DNA of 64,000 bases from Octopus bimaculoides (lineage: Eukaryota). A program made the position numbers and the translations under genes. The stretch is from assembly GCF_001194135.2 (NCBI RefSeq), contig NC_068992.1, positions 60,922,289-60,986,288 of the forward strand, given 5' to 3'. Position 1 is the first letter of the stretch; each line of letters begins with the position of its first letter. Of this stretch, positions 61,795 through 64,000 are shown piece by piece. The notes under the pieces are model-generated. The model was not told the DNA's origin. It saw only the letters and a program-made list of their open reading frames with translations, and did not search any database.

Positions 61795-62910
61795 ATCAAG
61801 ACAGGTTTCCACACAGTTTCCATCTACCAAATTCACTCACAAGGCATTGGTCAACCAGGAGCTATAGAAGACACTTATCCAAAGTGCATAACAGTGGGAC
61901 TGAACTTGAAACTATATGGTCACAAAGCAAACTCCTTAGCCAAACACCCATGCTAATGTATGAGGATTTTTTTTGTTGTTGTTTTTCCCACTGAAAGCTT
62001 GTTAGCTGTGATATCATTGGATTTCCCTAATTAGAAAACTAAATTATCCAGTTTCATCATCAGAAATTCAACCTTCCTCAATGTGTCTAATAAATACATT
62101 CGTCACAATATTTGCAAAATCTACTAAATATTCACAGATGCTAAATGAAGACTAGTAACAAATATGGCTGAATGCCTTCACATTTCCTTAACAAATTGGT
62201 TAACAGGAAATGGTTTTAAATGGAACTGTCACTGACCTTATCTTTGTTTTTTTTTTTGTTTTTTTGGTTTTTTTTTTGCAATGGCTAACATGTAAGCACA
62301 GGTGTAGTTAAAAAGCCTGTTATCCAACCATGCAGCCGTGGGTTCAGTCCCATTGTACAGCAACTTGGACAAGTGTCATTTACTGTAATCCTAGGCCGAC
62401 TGAAGCCATGTGAGTAGATTTGGTTGACAAAAACTTTGTCATATGTGTGCACACGTCGTCATCATCATCATTTAACGTCCAGCTTCCAAGCTGAATTGGG
62501 TGGAACTGTTTGAGAGGAGCCAGTCAGGCAGAAGCCTGCACTAGACTTCTGTCTCTATTCTGGCAGGATTTTTTATGACCGAATGCTCTTGCTAACACCA
62601 ACCACCCACCCAGCAGAGTGGACTGAGTGCTTTTTATGTGGCACTAACATGGGCAAAGTCAGTTTTGGCAAGGTTTTTACAGCTTGATGCCCTTCCAAAT
62701 GCCAACTACTTCATAGTGTGGACTGGATGCTTCTTAAGTTTATCATTTTCTTGTTTCAGTCTTTGGACTGTGGTCATGTTGAGGTACCAGCTCAAGGGTT
62801 TAGTTGAACAAATCGACCCCAGGGCTTATTCTATTTTAAAGTCCGGTAGGTATTTTTTCAGTCTCCTTTGCTGAACGACAAAGTTAGTGGGATGTAAACA
62901 CCAGCTGTCG
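61795..62910. mobile_element. Nest of SINE pieces: family A (- 61795-61950; + 62290-62440), RTE-type 3' tail (- 62455-62720), family B tail (- 62745-62910)
   Basis: TTTCCATCTACCAAATTCACTCACAAGGC, CATCATCATTTAACGTCC..GATGCCCTTCCAAATGCCAAC and GACAAAGTTAGTGGGATGTAAACACCAG. Confidence 0.65.
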
Positions 62911-63079
62911 AGCAGTGAGAAAAACATGCATGTATATGTGCATATATAATAATAATTGATGAAGGAAATGGAAAATAGATTTAGCACTAGTCTTTATTCA
63001 GTTCGACGATCATGTCGACCCATCCTGCAACTGTCTATTATGGGTAGGATTCTGTGCATCTAATAGTATTACATCAATC

Positions 63080-63960
63080 TGTGCACTGACAGGGTCACCG
63101 AGTAACTTGCAAGAGAAAAATCTTTTGAGAGGAGGTGATCTTATGTCAGATGATGAAAGATTATAGTGAGACAGAAGCAGGTGTCTTACAGTAGAGGAGG
63201 TACAAGGTTACCTGGCTGGAGAGAGAGAGAGCGCACGAGTTCAGTAATGAGGACAGAAACAGGTGTGCTGCTGTAAAGGAGATACATGGTTATCCAACCT
63301 GAGGGAAGAGCAGAAGGAAAGAGAGAGAGAGAGAGAGTGGGAGACAGCAGGAGAGAGAGGGTGGCAAAGTGCCAGGGTATACTCACAAGGGCCAGGGAGC
63401 AGAATATGAGATTGTCAAGTAAAAGAAGAGAGAGATACAGATGGTGGCAAAGTGCCAGGGTACACCTGTGAGGTTTGAAGGTCATAATGTAAGTGGCAGG
63501 ACATTACTAAAGAAGTGTGAGTAGAGAGTGGGGAAGGGCAATGCAGTGAATGGTGAAAACCTGGGTGTATAGAGGTGTAGGGCTACCAGATAGCAATGAT
63601 AGAGAAACAGGGCTTTGAGGACAGGATTGGAGAGTTAGATGTGAGTATAGCGCATGAAGGAGGAAATGTGAGGAAGAGAAGAGACGAAACATAGAGATGT
63701 AGTTTGGTTTGTTCTGGTAGGGTGTGTGAAAGTTTTCTTGTTACGTGGGTGGAACACACTGGTCGGTGGCTAGCAGATAACAATGATACAGTGAAAGAGG
63801 GCCATGAGAACAGGATTGGGGAGTGAGAGGTAATAATAGTGAATGAAAGAGGAAATGTGAGAAAGAGATGAAGTTTGGTTTGTTGGGGTAGGGCGTAAGA
63901 AAGATTTTCTTGTTACATGTGGGTGAAATACAGCGCTACTAGAACTTAGTTTCACTGATG
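63080..63960. repeat. Purine-rich interspersed repeat with a degenerate ~190 bp tandem duplication (63610-63780 vs 63800-63935)
   Basis: The units share GACAGGATTGGG..GAGGAAATGTGAG..GTTTGGTTTGTT..GGTAGGG..TTTTCTTGTTAC. GTGGCAAAGTGCCAGGGTA also occurs twice. Confidence 0.6.
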
Positions 63961-64000
63961 TGGGCGGGTCTTCTCAAGAACCTCATATCGCCCAACATCA

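Overview
This is AT-rich, microsatellite-saturated animal genomic DNA with 13 N-gaps. The SINE families resemble those I recall from octopus/cephalopod genomes, so the species call is inference. One protein-coding gene can be assembled by eye on the + strand: TATA box 40551-40557 and exons 40632-40674, 48244-48684 and 49225-54698, with canonical GT-AG introns that are both phase 1. It encodes about 1985 aa: a signal peptide, two peritrophin-A/CBM14 chitin-binding domains, and a ~1750 aa Asn/Ser/Thr-rich low-complexity tail within a 5.47 kb terminal exon. The rest is interspersed repeat: many copies of tRNA-derived SINE families, decayed LINEs (CR1, RTE, Tx1/L1-like, R4/Dong), Penelope-like fragments and non-autonomous DNA transposons (a mariner-type MITE with TA TSD, a GG-ended element with an 8-bp TSD, four long fold-back palindromes). 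The best second-look items are the giant chitin-binding glycoprotein, three dispersed minimal hammerhead-ribozyme-like motifs sharing a non-canonical core, a decayed copy of part of exon 3 inside intron 1 of the same gene, R4/Dong insertions in (TAA)n tracts, and an orphan open reading stretch near 20.1-20.5 kb. Almost all ORFs in the supplied track are artefacts of microsatellites or N-runs. No database searches were run, and repeat boundaries are approximate.
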